Part shown: piece after piece, positions 1 to 8,447 of the stretch
Numbering within the stretch: the first letter of the stretch is position 1
How the letters are laid out: every line of letters starts with the position of its first letter
From: Deltaproteobacteria bacterium
Lineage (GTDB): Bacteria > Desulfobacterota > Syntrophobacteria > BM002
Assembly: GCA_020347625.1 (NCBI GenBank)
Contig: CP070735.1
Location: 2,628,902 to 2,691,010, forward strand
Length of the DNA stretch: 62,109 bases
Direction of reading: 5' to 3'
Notes under the pieces: model-generated
What the model was told of the DNA's origin: nothing
The model's database searches: none
What the model saw: the letters and a program-made list of their open reading frames with translations, nothing else
Made by a program: the position numbers and the translations under genes

Positions 1-165
1 CACAAAATGCTGAGGTAAAAACTTCCGGATGTGGGTTAAACATATCTTGCCAATATGTGAACTTCCGGGAAACTCAAGATATGAAGAGGATATGTGAACT
101 GTGGATTACATCCCTTAATCTAAACTCTGGCTGGTCTTGAATCTGGCACAAGATATTGTTTTCGA

Positions 166-321
166 TCAACGGTTCATAGGCTTGGGCAACTGCCTCTGTT
201 TAGGTGGTAGGAAAGACCTACAAACAGGACAAAACATATCAGTTAGCTTAACGATGACATCAAGCTCGCAATTGGGGCATTTGACAGCGTGGACTTTGAT
301 TCGTTTGATTTCGTCAACCAT
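166..321 (-). CDS. hypothetical 51-aa zinc-ribbon mini-protein (CPNC...CPVC)
   Basis: ATG at 321 inside ORF-track 166..348. Two CxxC pairs. Lies directly after mini-ORF 327..482. No family recognised. Confidence 0.3.
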   Translation of the reverse strand: MVDEIKRIKVHAVKCPNCELDVIVKLTDMFCPVCRSFLPPKQRQLPKPMNR

Positions 322-326
322 GATAA

Positions 327-482
327 TTACTCTTGTCGCAGGAAACACTCACCCAGAGGATATTCCTTATTACACTGCCAGCAGTAAACGGAATTGTCGC
401 CCACAGACCAAGAGATATTATCGTGACCGCATGGACACTGTTTGGGGGAGTTTGGAGGGAGAACAGTCTTGTCTTTTGCCAT
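327..482 (-). CDS. hypothetical 51-aa zinc-ribbon mini-protein (CPCG...CWQC)
   Basis: Hand-translated as MAKDKTVLPPNSPKQCPCGHDNISWSVGDNSVYCWQCNKEYPLGECFLRQE. Below the ORF-track size cutoff. An AT-rich putative promoter region lies upstream (484-720). Confidence 0.3.
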   Translation of the reverse strand: MAKDKTVLPPNSPKQCPCGHDNISWSVGDNSVYCWQCNKEYPLGECFLRQE

Positions 483-808
483 AGTTACACCTAGTTAATT
501 CTTAGATTCTTCCTCTCACTAGTTGACTATATGCCTTTGTAATTTCTAGCTAAATGTATATAACTATTTTTATAGCTTTTACTATCTTTGTAGTGTAATG
601 GTTAACTGACACACAGATTTGACAATAATTTAATAATCATTTTTGAGATATCCTTAACAGGAAGGAGACTACCTTCTTGGGGGACTTTTCATCGTACTTT
701 TTCAAAACGTCTTAAACTGTTCCCAGATTACAAAAATGTAGACAAGAATAGCAAGAAAAAACCCCAGCCGCCCTACAAGCCCAACATGTATAACAGAGGT
801 TTGAAAAA

Positions 809-1090
809 ATGGGTCACGTATACAAGAGGTCAATCGCGCCCACGCTCGCAAGCCTCTGGGGGGGATGCCCGGGGTCTCTTAGATGCGTGGGATGGCTGGA
901 TATTTTTCACGTGGTGGGCGCAGTAGCTACTGGGATCGGCTGGATCGAAGTGGGGCTTTTCAAGCGTGCGCATTTCAGGGGTATCGGGAGTATTTATGAG
1001 GGCAAGATCGTCGATTCTGAGGGCAGTTTAGCGGTCAGAATGTTGGCAGGTGTTGGGTATAGCGTTGGGAAACAGCCAAAGAATAAATAA
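809..1090 (+). CDS. hypothetical protein (93 aa)
   Basis: ORF only, with a weak AGAGG-like RBS. No recognisable motif. Confidence 0.25.
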   Translation: MGHVYKRSIAPTLASLWGGCPGSLRCVGWLDIFHVVGAVATGIGWIEVGLFKRAHFRGIGSIYEGKIVDSEGSLAVRMLAGVGYSVGKQPKNK

Positions 1091-1118
1091 AAGGGCTAAC
1101 GGTCTACCGTAAGCCCTT
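1081..1118 (-). terminator. candidate intrinsic terminator of the tRNA-Gln/tRNA-Glu unit
   Basis: On the minus strand, stem AAGGGCT/AGCCCTT is followed by TTATTTATT, directly 3' of tRNA-Glu. Confidence 0.45.
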
Positions 1119-1127
1119 GATTTAATT

Positions 1128-1203
1128 TGGCAGTCCCAACGGGACTCGAACCCGTGTCTTCGGCGTGAGAGGCCGATATCCTAGACCACTAGACGATGGG
1201 ACC
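1128..1203 (-). tRNA. tRNA-Glu (anticodon CTC)
   Basis: Reverse complement reads GGTCCCATCGTCTAGTGGTCTAGGA...TCGGC-CTCTCAC-GCCGA...GGTTCGAGTCCCGTTGGGACTGCCA. Cloverleaf folded by hand. CCA is encoded. Confidence 0.9.
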
Positions 1204-1220
1204 GCAATATGAAGTTAAAC

Positions 1221-1354
1221 GTTGTATGTTATAAGTTATCAGTTATTAGTTGTTGGCTATCAGGTTAAGAAAATAAGGACTAGTCTTATTGTTTGTAGAG
1301 ATACAGAACAGTGGCTGTTGTTCCTCGTATAACTAATAACTAATAACGTATAAC
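1221..1354. repeat. heptamer-array hairpin element
   Basis: GTTGTAT GTTATAA GTTATCA GTTATTA GTTGTTG (1221-1267) faces CGTATAA CTAATAA CTAATAA CGTATAA (1326-1354). Confidence 0.8.
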
Positions 1355-1367
1355 CCCCCCGGGGCAA

Positions 1368-1441
1368 TGGCTGGGGGAGGAGGATTCGAACCCCCGTAGC
1401 ATGATCCAGAGTCATGCGTCCTACCACTAGACGATCCCCCA
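1368..1441 (-). tRNA. tRNA-Gln (anticodon CTG)
   Basis: Reverse complement reads TGGGGGATCGTCTAGTGGTAGGACG-CATGA-CTCTGGA-TCATG...GGTTCGAATCC...TCCCCCAGCCA. Confidence 0.9.
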
Positions 1442-1497
1442 ACGGAAAATGAAAAGTAGACTATGGTTGGCGGAAAGTCAAGGGGAAAGTCGGTATT

Positions 1498-1661
1498 CAG
1501 CGGGCAGCGGGCAGCTCGCAGCGGGCAGTAGGCAGAAAAGAGTTATACGTTATTAGTTAAACGTTATACGGGAAAAAATCGGTGATTTAGAACTTTTCGC
1601 AGGTTTAGAGACTCTTCGAGGATAGCGAATAACGTATAACATATAACTAATAACATATAAC
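1498..1661. repeat. heptamer-array hairpin element
   Basis: CAGCGGG CAGCGGG CAGCTCG CAGCGGG CAGTAGG then GTTATAC-type units. Inverted ATAACGTATAAC-type units at 1628-1661. Confidence 0.8.
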
Positions 1662-1838
1662 TTCCCCGTCACTTTGGAGAGTGCCCCATGCGCCTAAAAC
1701 ATATATAATCGCAGGTATCTGGCAGCTTGACCAAAAACCGTTTAGAAAGGCTCAAAATTTGCAAGGAGAAGGGGTCACTTATTAACGGAAAAAGTTAAGC
1801 GTTTTGCATTGGGCAAAACTTAGCTAAGGGATCATTAT

Positions 1839-1885
1839 CAGCTGCCTGCTGCCAGCTGTCAGCTGCTAGCTGTGGGCTGGCGCCC
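1839..1885. repeat. heptamer array (CAGCTGC/CTGCTGC type)
   Basis: CAGCTGC CTGCTGC CAGCTGT CAGCTGC TAGCTGT GGGCTGG. Partly complementary to the 1498 array. Confidence 0.7.
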
Positions 1886-1894
1886 ACAAAGTGC

Positions 1895-1922
1895 TTGACA
1901 AACCTAAGGCTTTTTTTATACT
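1895..1922 (+). promoter_or_regulatory. sigma-70-type promoter upstream of yceD-rpmF-fabH
   Basis: TTGACA (1895-1900), 16-nt spacer, TATACT (1917-1922), about 45 nt before the yceD start. Confidence 0.45.
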
Positions 1923-1967
1923 TACGACTTCAATCTTCAAAAGATCTCAAATAGGGGATGGTGATCT

Positions 1968-2507
1968 TTGAAAGTTAGGGTGGATGAGCTTCCAGAGTAC
2001 GGCGGGATGATCCACTTCCACGAGACTGAATCCTGGTTTTCTTCCAGGATGAATTCTGCGGAAGATACTCGGGAAATCAGCCTGGCGCGACCCGTGAGCG
2101 TTGACCTGGAGTTCATTCCAGAAACCGAGCAGGTTAGAATTAACGGCCATCTGCAAACGGCAGTGCGCCTCGCCTGCAGCCGTTGCCTGCAAGACTATGT
2201 CTTGCAGTTGGACGAAATTATTACTTTCGTCCTTTTGCGGCCTCCGCCCGATGAGATGCCTGAAGAGATTGATCTCAGTTCTCAAGACCTGGACACTGAG
2301 TTCTACGATGGCACCACCATCGATGTGGATCTCATCGTCGCAGAACAGATCTTCCTGGCACTACCCCAAAAGCCGTTATGCCGGGAGGAGTGCCGGGGAA
2401 TCTGTGCCGGCTGCGGCGCGGACCTGAACCAAGAGCCGTGCCGATGTGAAAAGAAAGAAACAGGATCTGTTTTTGAACCTTTAAGATCCATGAAAATCGA
2501 CCAATAG
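1968..2507 (+). CDS. yceD: YceD/DUF177 family protein (23S rRNA accumulation protein)
   Basis: TTG start. C-terminal CxxC..CxxC (CREECRGICAGCG). Conserved position directly upstream of rpmF. Confidence 0.8.
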   Translation: MKVRVDELPEYGGMIHFHETESWFSSRMNSAEDTREISLARPVSVDLEFIPETEQVRINGHLQTAVRLACSRCLQDYVLQLDEIITFVLLRPPPDEMPEEIDLSSQDLDTEFYDGTTIDVDLIVAEQIFLALPQKPLCREECRGICAGCGADLNQEPCRCEKKETGSVFEPLRSMKIDQ

Positions 2508-2559
2508 TCCGTTCTTAGTCGCCTTTTGGCGGCCCATAATGGAGAAGGAGCAAGATCGG

Positions 2560-2742
2560 ATGGCTCTCCCCAAGAGACGTCACTCAAAGAGTAGAACAAG
2601 AAAGAAAAGATCGCACCATAGACTCGAGCCACCCACGCTCTCCCTGTGTTCTCAGTGCAACGAGCCCAAGTTGCCGCACCACGCCTGTCCAAGCTGTGGA
2701 ACTTATAAGGGGAGGGAGGTTATCCAGACAGAGGAGGTGTAA
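2560..2742 (+). CDS. rpmF: 50S ribosomal protein L32
   Basis: MALPKRRHSKSRTRKKRSHH N-terminus and CxxC..CxxC. GGAGAAGGAG RBS before the ATG at 2560. The ORF-track start 2539 is judged too early. Confidence 0.9.
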   Translation: MALPKRRHSKSRTRKKRSHHRLEPPTLSLCSQCNEPKLPHHACPSCGTYKGREVIQTEEV

Positions 2743-2930
2743 GCGCACTCCAATGCTTTCTGGAGGTAAACTCTCACGATTTATTTTGGCCTCAGCGCGG
2801 ACCGGACGGTCCGGTCCGAAATGTGCCAGGGGCTAATATGACCGGAACAGAGGTTCGGGAATAGGGTAATCCTTAAGTTGAATCTGGCTCAAATTGGAGC
2901 CCGGATCTCCTTGGATAAAAAGGAAATCCC

Positions 2931-3914
2931 GTGAATCGCAGCGTCATCATAGGAACAGGATCAGCTGTACCCAAGAAGGTTGTCACCAACGAGGACCTGG
3001 AATCCATAGTTGACACCTCAGACGAGTGGATTCGCACACGCACCGGTATCAAACAGAGGTACATAGCTGAAGACGGTGAGACCACTTCCTCCCTGGCCAC
3101 GGTGGCGTCACTGAGGGCCCTAGAGATGGCAGGGGTGAGCCCGGAAGAGGTTGACATGATCGTGGTGGGTACCACCTCTCCCGATATGATCATGCCCAAC
3201 ACAGGCGCCTTGATACAAAAGCACCTCGGGGCAACAAAAGCTTTCGGTTTTGACGTCTATGCGGCTTGCAGCGGCTTTGTCTACGCCCTAGCGGTTGCAG
3301 ACAAATTCGTGAAGGAGAAGCCAGGCAGCAAAATACTGGCCGTCGGTGCGGAGATTCTCTCCAGCATCACAGATTGGCAGGATCGAAACACCTGTGTTCT
3401 TTTTGGTGATGCTGCAGGAGTTGTTCTGCTAGGCGGTTCGCAAGAGTCCGATCGGGGCATCCTTTCCACCCATCTGCGATCGGATGGTCGTCTTTGGGAA
3501 CTGCTGCACATTCCAGGGGGCGGATGCGTATATCCCCCCAGTGCCGAGATGGCCGAGAAGCGTGACTATTGTATACGTATGCAAGGCAATGAGGTGTTCA
3601 AACATGCTGTCCGGTCCCTCGCTGGGGTGGCCAGGGAAGCCATGGAGGAAAATCAGCTGAAGCCGGATGATATCGACCTCTTTATTCCACACCAGGCCAA
3701 CATGCGCATAATGAAGAAGGTGGCGGAAAGTTTGGAGATTCCCATTGACCGGGTTTATGTGAATATCGATCGATACGGCAACACGTCTTCAGCAAGTATT
3801 CCAGTGGCCCTTGACGAGGCCAACCGTTCTGGCCGTCTCAAGCGAGGAGACCTGGTGCTCTTGGACGCCTTTGGAGGGGGCTTCACCTGGGGAGCAGTAA
3901 TGATTCGCTGGTAG
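2931..3914 (+). CDS. fabH: 3-oxoacyl-ACP synthase III
   Basis: FabH-like over full length (AACSGF active-site Cys, HQAN, GNTSSAS). GTG start. Confidence 0.9.
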   Translation: MNRSVIIGTGSAVPKKVVTNEDLESIVDTSDEWIRTRTGIKQRYIAEDGETTSSLATVASLRALEMAGVSPEEVDMIVVGTTSPDMIMPNTGALIQKHLGATKAFGFDVYAACSGFVYALAVADKFVKEKPGSKILAVGAEILSSITDWQDRNTCVLFGDAAGVVLLGGSQESDRGILSTHLRSDGRLWELLHIPGGGCVYPPSAEMAEKRDYCIRMQGNEVFKHAVRSLAGVAREAMEENQLKPDDIDLFIPHQANMRIMKKVAESLEIPIDRVYVNIDRYGNTSSASIPVALDEANRSGRLKRGDLVLLDAFGGGFTWGAVMIRW

Positions 3915-3975
3915 AGGATTTGTTGAGTCGTTAGCTTCGCGCAGTTCAACACTTGTCTGTGAGAGGAGGGCGTCA

Positions 3976-5145
3976 GTGGACTATTTCTTGACCGAAGAAC
4001 AGCAGATGATCAAAGAGATTGCGGCCAAAATCGCTACCGAGAAAATTCGACCCATACGTGCTGAACTGGATGAGAGCGAAGACTTCCCGTGGGAGATTAT
4101 GAAAATTCTGGCGCAGTCGGACCTCTTTGGGGTCTATCTTCCAGAAGAGTACGGTGGTCTGGGTGGAGGGGTGCTTGAAAACTGCTTGGCAATCGAGGAG
4201 CTAGGCCGGGCGTGTATCGGCGTTGCCACCACTTATGCGGCCAGTGGTCTGGGAGCTTATCCTATTTTGCTCTATGGCAACGAAGAACAGAAGCAAAAAT
4301 ACCTGCCTGTGATCGCCAGCGGTGAAAAGTTGGCTGCGTTCGGGGTTACGGAAGCTGGCGCCGGCAGTGACGCGGGTGGCATTCAAACCACCGCCAAACG
4401 AGATGGAGATGACTACATTCTCAACGGCACCAAACAGTGGATCACCAATGGAGGTGAGGCTGAAATCTACACGGTCGTCGCCATTACTGACCGGAAGAAA
4501 GGTGCCAGGGGGGCAAGCGCGTTTATCGTCGAGAATGGGGACCCTGGATTTTCCTTCGGCAAGAAGGAAAAGAAGATGGGCATTCGTACTTCGGCCACCC
4601 GAGAACTGCTCTTCAACGATTGCCGTATTCCCGCAGACCGCCTCATCAGCCGTGAAGGCATGGGATTCATCGTCACCATGAAGACTTTTGACGTCTCGCG
4701 CCCCGGTATCGGTGCTTTGGCAGTGGGTCTGTGTCAGGGTGCGCTGGACATATCGGTGGAATATGCCCGCAAGCGGGTGCAGTTCGGTAAGCCCATTATC
4801 TCGTTTCAGGCCGTACAACACATGCTGGCTGACATGGCCACCGAAACAGAGGCAGCCCGTGCCCTGGTCTACGCCGCGGCGCGTTACATAGATAGTGAGG
4901 CCAAAGATATTTCCAAATTTTCCGCTATGGCGAAGCTTTTTCCCACTGATGTTGCCATGCGGGTGACCACTGATGCTGTGCAGGTGCTGGGAGGCTACGG
5001 CTATATGCGCGACTACCCGGTGGAAAAAATGATGCGAGATGCCAAAATACTCCAGATCTACGAGGGGACGAACCAGGTTCAGCGCAACATCATCGGTCAG
5101 GAGTTAAACAAAGAATACGGACGAATCAAGGAAACCTTTTTCTAG
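3976..5145 (+). CDS. acyl-CoA dehydrogenase (butyryl-CoA dehydrogenase-like)
   Basis: ACAD motifs (GVTEAGAGSD, QVLGGYGY, YEGTNQVQ). GTG start with GAGGAGGG RBS. Confidence 0.9.
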   Translation: MDYFLTEEQQMIKEIAAKIATEKIRPIRAELDESEDFPWEIMKILAQSDLFGVYLPEEYGGLGGGVLENCLAIEELGRACIGVATTYAASGLGAYPILLYGNEEQKQKYLPVIASGEKLAAFGVTEAGAGSDAGGIQTTAKRDGDDYILNGTKQWITNGGEAEIYTVVAITDRKKGARGASAFIVENGDPGFSFGKKEKKMGIRTSATRELLFNDCRIPADRLISREGMGFIVTMKTFDVSRPGIGALAVGLCQGALDISVEYARKRVQFGKPIISFQAVQHMLADMATETEAARALVYAAARYIDSEAKDISKFSAMAKLFPTDVAMRVTTDAVQVLGGYGYMRDYPVEKMMRDAKILQIYEGTNQVQRNIIGQELNKEYGRIKETFF

Positions 5146-5146
5146 G

Positions 5147-5250
5147 CGTTTAGCCTGTTATGCCGGTTAAGCCGGCTAAGCCAGTTAGATGCTTTAGACT
5201 CGTCGACTTTAACTGGCTAAACCGACAAAACTGACAGAACTGGCCAAACA
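5147..5250. repeat. heptamer-array hairpin element inside the acd-etfB gap
   Basis: GCCGGTTAAGCCGGCTAAGCCAGTTAG...TAACTGGCTAAACCGACAAAACTGACAGAACTGGCC. Confidence 0.6.
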
Positions 5251-5292
5251 CTTAAATCTATTCTAAGCACTTAATACCATTGGAGTTTCTTC

Positions 5293-6084
5293 ATGCACAT
5301 TGTTGCTTGTATTAAACAGGTGCCCGATGCCAAAGACGTCCGCATCGACCCCGAGACCTGCACACTGGTGCGCCAGGGTGTGGAGAGCATAGTCAATCCT
5401 CATGATTGGTATGCAGTGGAAGCAGCCTTGCGCTTGCGGGACGAGTACGGTGGCAAGGTAACCGTGCTGACCATGGGACCGCCACAGGCTGAAGAGGCCC
5501 TGAGAGAAACCCTCGCGCTGGGTGTTGACGAGGCCGTGCTTTTGAGCGACCGGGCCTTTGCCGGCGCAGATACCTGGGCCACCTCGCTGACTCTGGCTCG
5601 GGCTATTATAAAGCTGGGCCCGGTGGATCTTGTCATCTGCGGTAAACAGGCCATCGATGGAGACACTGCCCAGGTGGGTCCAGGACTGGCAGCGCATTTG
5701 GACCAGCCCTACACCACATATGCCCGGAGGCTTGAGTTACAGGACGGCGGGCTGTTGCTGGCTGAGCGCTTGACCGACATGGGCTACGAGGTCGTGCAAA
5801 TGCCCCTGCCGGCAGTAGTTACTGTGATTAGGGAAATTGGCGATCCCAGGATGCCGGGACTAAAGCACAAAATGCGGGCTCGAAAGCAAGAAATCCCAGT
5901 AATGGGTGCTGCTGATTTGGAGCTGAATCCCGAGGAAGTGGGGTTGCAGGGATCTTTCACCCAGGTTGTCAGGGTTTTTAGTCCACCACCCCGTTGCGAC
6001 CGGGAGATGCTTACCGGCGAACCAGAGGAACAGGCGGAGAAACTTATTAACCGATTAAAGGAAGCTAAGGTACCGGGTCTATGA
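5293..6084 (+). CDS. etfB: electron transfer flavoprotein, beta (small) subunit, bifurcating-type signature
   Basis: N-terminal VACIKQVPD and GKQAIDGDTAQVGP resemble the FixA/bifurcating Etf small subunit. Confidence 0.9.
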   Translation: MHIVACIKQVPDAKDVRIDPETCTLVRQGVESIVNPHDWYAVEAALRLRDEYGGKVTVLTMGPPQAEEALRETLALGVDEAVLLSDRAFAGADTWATSLTLARAIIKLGPVDLVICGKQAIDGDTAQVGPGLAAHLDQPYTTYARRLELQDGGLLLAERLTDMGYEVVQMPLPAVVTVIREIGDPRMPGLKHKMRARKQEIPVMGAADLELNPEEVGLQGSFTQVVRVFSPPPRCDREMLTGEPEEQAEKLINRLKEAKVPGL

Positions 6085-7271
6085 AGCCCATAGTTGACAA
6101 AGAAAAATGTACAGGTTGCGGCGACTGCGTGGAAATATGTCCCGTGGAGGCCATTGAGGTAGTGGATGAGATCGCGCAGGTGAATGATGACTGCACCCTT
6201 TGTGGTCTCTGTGTGGATGCGTGTCCCGATGAGGCTATTGATATGCCTGAGGTCATCGGCCCTGCGACAGATGACATCGAGTCGTACAAGGGAGTTTGGG
6301 TTGTGGCCGAGCACCACGGTGGCGAGGTGCATTCAGTCTCTTTTGAACTACTGGGTGCAGGCAGGAATTTGGCTGACAAGCTGGGAGTGGAGCTGGCAGC
6401 GGTAATCATCGGGGATCAGCTTCAGGAGGCTGCCGAACAGCTCATCGGCTACGGGGCCGATCGGGTTTACTTGGCGGAAGATCCAGCTCTGGCGCTCTTC
6501 AACGACGAATCTCACGCCAATGTTCTCACCGAGCTCATCGAGCAGAAGAGACCGGCGATCCTTTTGGCGGGGGCAACCGCAATGGGCCGCTCTTTTATTC
6601 CCCGGGTGGCCGTGGCAGTAGGAACTGGTCTGACGGCTGATTGTACCGAACTTGATATCGGCGAAGATGGACTCCTCTATCAAACCCGACCGGCCTTTGG
6701 TGGCAACATCATGGCCACCATCCTCTGTCCAAATCGTCGCCCGCAGATGGCAACGGTCAGGCCTATGGTAATGAGAAAGCCCGATTTCGATACTCAGCGC
6801 CAGGGAGTGGTGGAAGCTTTTGCCCCTAGCGCTAAGGCAGTTGCCTCCCGGGTGCAGGTGCTCGAGACCGTTACGCTCGCGCAGGAAACAGCTCGTTTGA
6901 CCGAGGCTGATGTGGTGGTCACGGGCGGCCGGGGATTACAAAAGGCGGAGAATTTTAAAATCATCGAAGAGGTGGCACTTCTTGTGGATGGTGCGGTTGG
7001 CGCCACCAGGAGTGTGGTGGACGAAGGGTGGATGCCTTACAGTCATCAGGTAGGTCAGACGGGCAAAACGGTTTCTCCCAAGCTTTACCTAGCTTGCGGT
7101 GTTTCTGGTGCCATCCAGCATGTTGTGGGGATGCAGGGCTCCGAGATCATTGTGGCGGTAAACAAAGATCCGGATGCGCCAATCTTCGATGTGGTCAACT
7201 ACGGTGTGGTGGCGGACCTGTTTGAATTTCTTCCTGCTTTGGTGAAGAAAATAAGAGAGCAACGAAGCTAA
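6081..7271 (+). CDS. etfA: electron transfer flavoprotein, alpha (large) subunit with N-terminal 2x[4Fe-4S] ferredoxin domain
   Basis: [12 protein letters not shown] and [12 protein letters not shown] motifs followed by an EtfA/FixB body. ATGA overlap with etfB. Confidence 0.9.
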   Translation: MKPIVDKEKCTGCGDCVEICPVEAIEVVDEIAQVNDDCTLCGLCVDACPDEAIDMPEVIGPATDDIESYKGVWVVAEHHGGEVHSVSFELLGAGRNLADKLGVELAAVIIGDQLQEAAEQLIGYGADRVYLAEDPALALFNDESHANVLTELIEQKRPAILLAGATAMGRSFIPRVAVAVGTGLTADCTELDIGEDGLLYQTRPAFGGNIMATILCPNRRPQMATVRPMVMRKPDFDTQRQGVVEAFAPSAKAVASRVQVLETVTLAQETARLTEADVVVTGGRGLQKAENFKIIEEVALLVDGAVGATRSVVDEGWMPYSHQVGQTGKTVSPKLYLACGVSGAIQHVVGMQGSEIIVAVNKDPDAPIFDVVNYGVVADLFEFLPALVKKIREQRS

Positions 7272-7276
7272 TTTAT

Positions 7277-7487
7277 AAATCCGAAATTAAATTTAGGAAT
7301 TGGGGAATTAAGGAATTGAGGGATTGGACACGAATTCATTAAATTGTCTGTGCAAGCTTTTCTAATTCCTGAATCCCTTAATTCCAGAATTTCTCAATTT
7401 ATTTGGGTGTTTCGGATTTCGACCCGCCCGCCTCGCCTGAACGAGCAGGCTCGCGATGGCGGGCAGGTATTCGGATTTCGGATTTGC
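7277..7487. repeat. nested heptamer-array hairpin element (etfA-fabG gap)
   Basis: AAATCCG AAATTAA ATTTAGG AATTGGG GAATTAA GGAATTG...AATTCCT GAATCCC TTAATTC...CGGATTT. A second hairpin is CCCGCCCGCC...GGCGGGC. Confidence 0.8.
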
Positions 7488-7552
7488 TTAGAGGCGATAT
7501 TGGAAATTGTCAACTTCTCTTAATTTAATTTTTAGGCCTGCGGGGTGAAAAG

Positions 7553-8305
7553 ATGGCTGAGAACGACAAGAGGGTAGCGGTTGTTACTGGAGGGTCAAAG
7601 GGCATAGGTCGTGCAATTATCATGGCACTGGCTGAACCGGGGTTGACAGTGGTGTTTAATCACTATGATCCTCCCGATGACAAGGCCGCAGACGAGACCA
7701 TCCAAATGGCACGGGACAAAGGGTGCGAAATCGAGGGGGTTCGACTGGATGTCTCAGATTACCAGGCGGTTCAGGAGTTCATCAAAGGTGTGGTGGAGCG
7801 TCATGACCGGGTTGACATCCTGGTTAACAACGCCGGCATTACCCGGGACAACCTTCTGTCAAGACTGAAAGAGGTGGATTGGGATGCGGTACTGGCGGTG
7901 AATCTCAAAAGTGTCTTCAACTGCACCCAAGCAGTTGCCCGCTACATGATGAAGCAGCGTTACGGTCGAGTGGTGAGCATAGCATCAGTTGTGGGGGCTA
8001 TGGGTAACGCAGGCCAGGCCAACTATGCGGCATCCAAGGCGGGCATTATGGGATTCACCAAGTCGGTGGCGCGCGAATTGGCGAGCCGCAATGTGACCGT
8101 TAATGCGATCGCTCCTGGTTTTATCGAGACTGAGATGACGGCACAGCTCCCCGAGAAGGCCAAGGAGGCCTTTCTGGCCCAGATTCCACTGGGTCGTGCC
8201 GGCCAGCCTGAGGATGTTGCCCAGTTGGTGAAATTCCTAGTTTCAGAGGAGGGTTCGTACATCACGGGCCAGGTAATTCATTTGAACGGCGGAATGTATA
8301 TGTAG
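7553..8305 (+). CDS. fabG: 3-oxoacyl-ACP reductase
   Basis: SDR with TGGSKGIG, NNAG and YAASKAG. Confidence 0.9.
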   Translation: MAENDKRVAVVTGGSKGIGRAIIMALAEPGLTVVFNHYDPPDDKAADETIQMARDKGCEIEGVRLDVSDYQAVQEFIKGVVERHDRVDILVNNAGITRDNLLSRLKEVDWDAVLAVNLKSVFNCTQAVARYMMKQRYGRVVSIASVVGAMGNAGQANYAASKAGIMGFTKSVARELASRNVTVNAIAPGFIETEMTAQLPEKAKEAFLAQIPLGRAGQPEDVAQLVKFLVSEEGSYITGQVIHLNGGMYM

Positions 8306-8447
8306 GCGCCTAGCATGCTAGCCGCCCGCAGAGAGCTCGGGGCATGGGGCATAGAGGGACATGTATTTCTGTAATATACACTATGCTTCATGGTCGATGA
8401 CCAGAGAAACAACATTTTTGCCGTTCCTCAACAGGTAGGAATATACG

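Noticed and set aside
137-484. 115-aa plus-strand ORF at the left edge
   Set aside because: It has no RBS or motif. The opposite strand holds two compact CxxC-pair mini-ORFs that look more gene-like. Both interpretations remain weak.
4201-4821. 206-aa minus-strand ORF inside the acyl-CoA dehydrogenase gene
   Set aside because: Antisense shadow of a strongly supported gene. It has no RBS or motif, and its composition is typical of a reverse-frame artefact. The same reasoning applies to 8856..9467, 10740..11357, 18099..18566, 46058..46651 and 58069..58719.
8306-8447. Search for acpP between fabG and fabF
   Set aside because: The gap is only 142 nt, too short for a ~78-aa ACP. The overlapping minus-strand ORF 8381..8617 has no ACP DSL motif.
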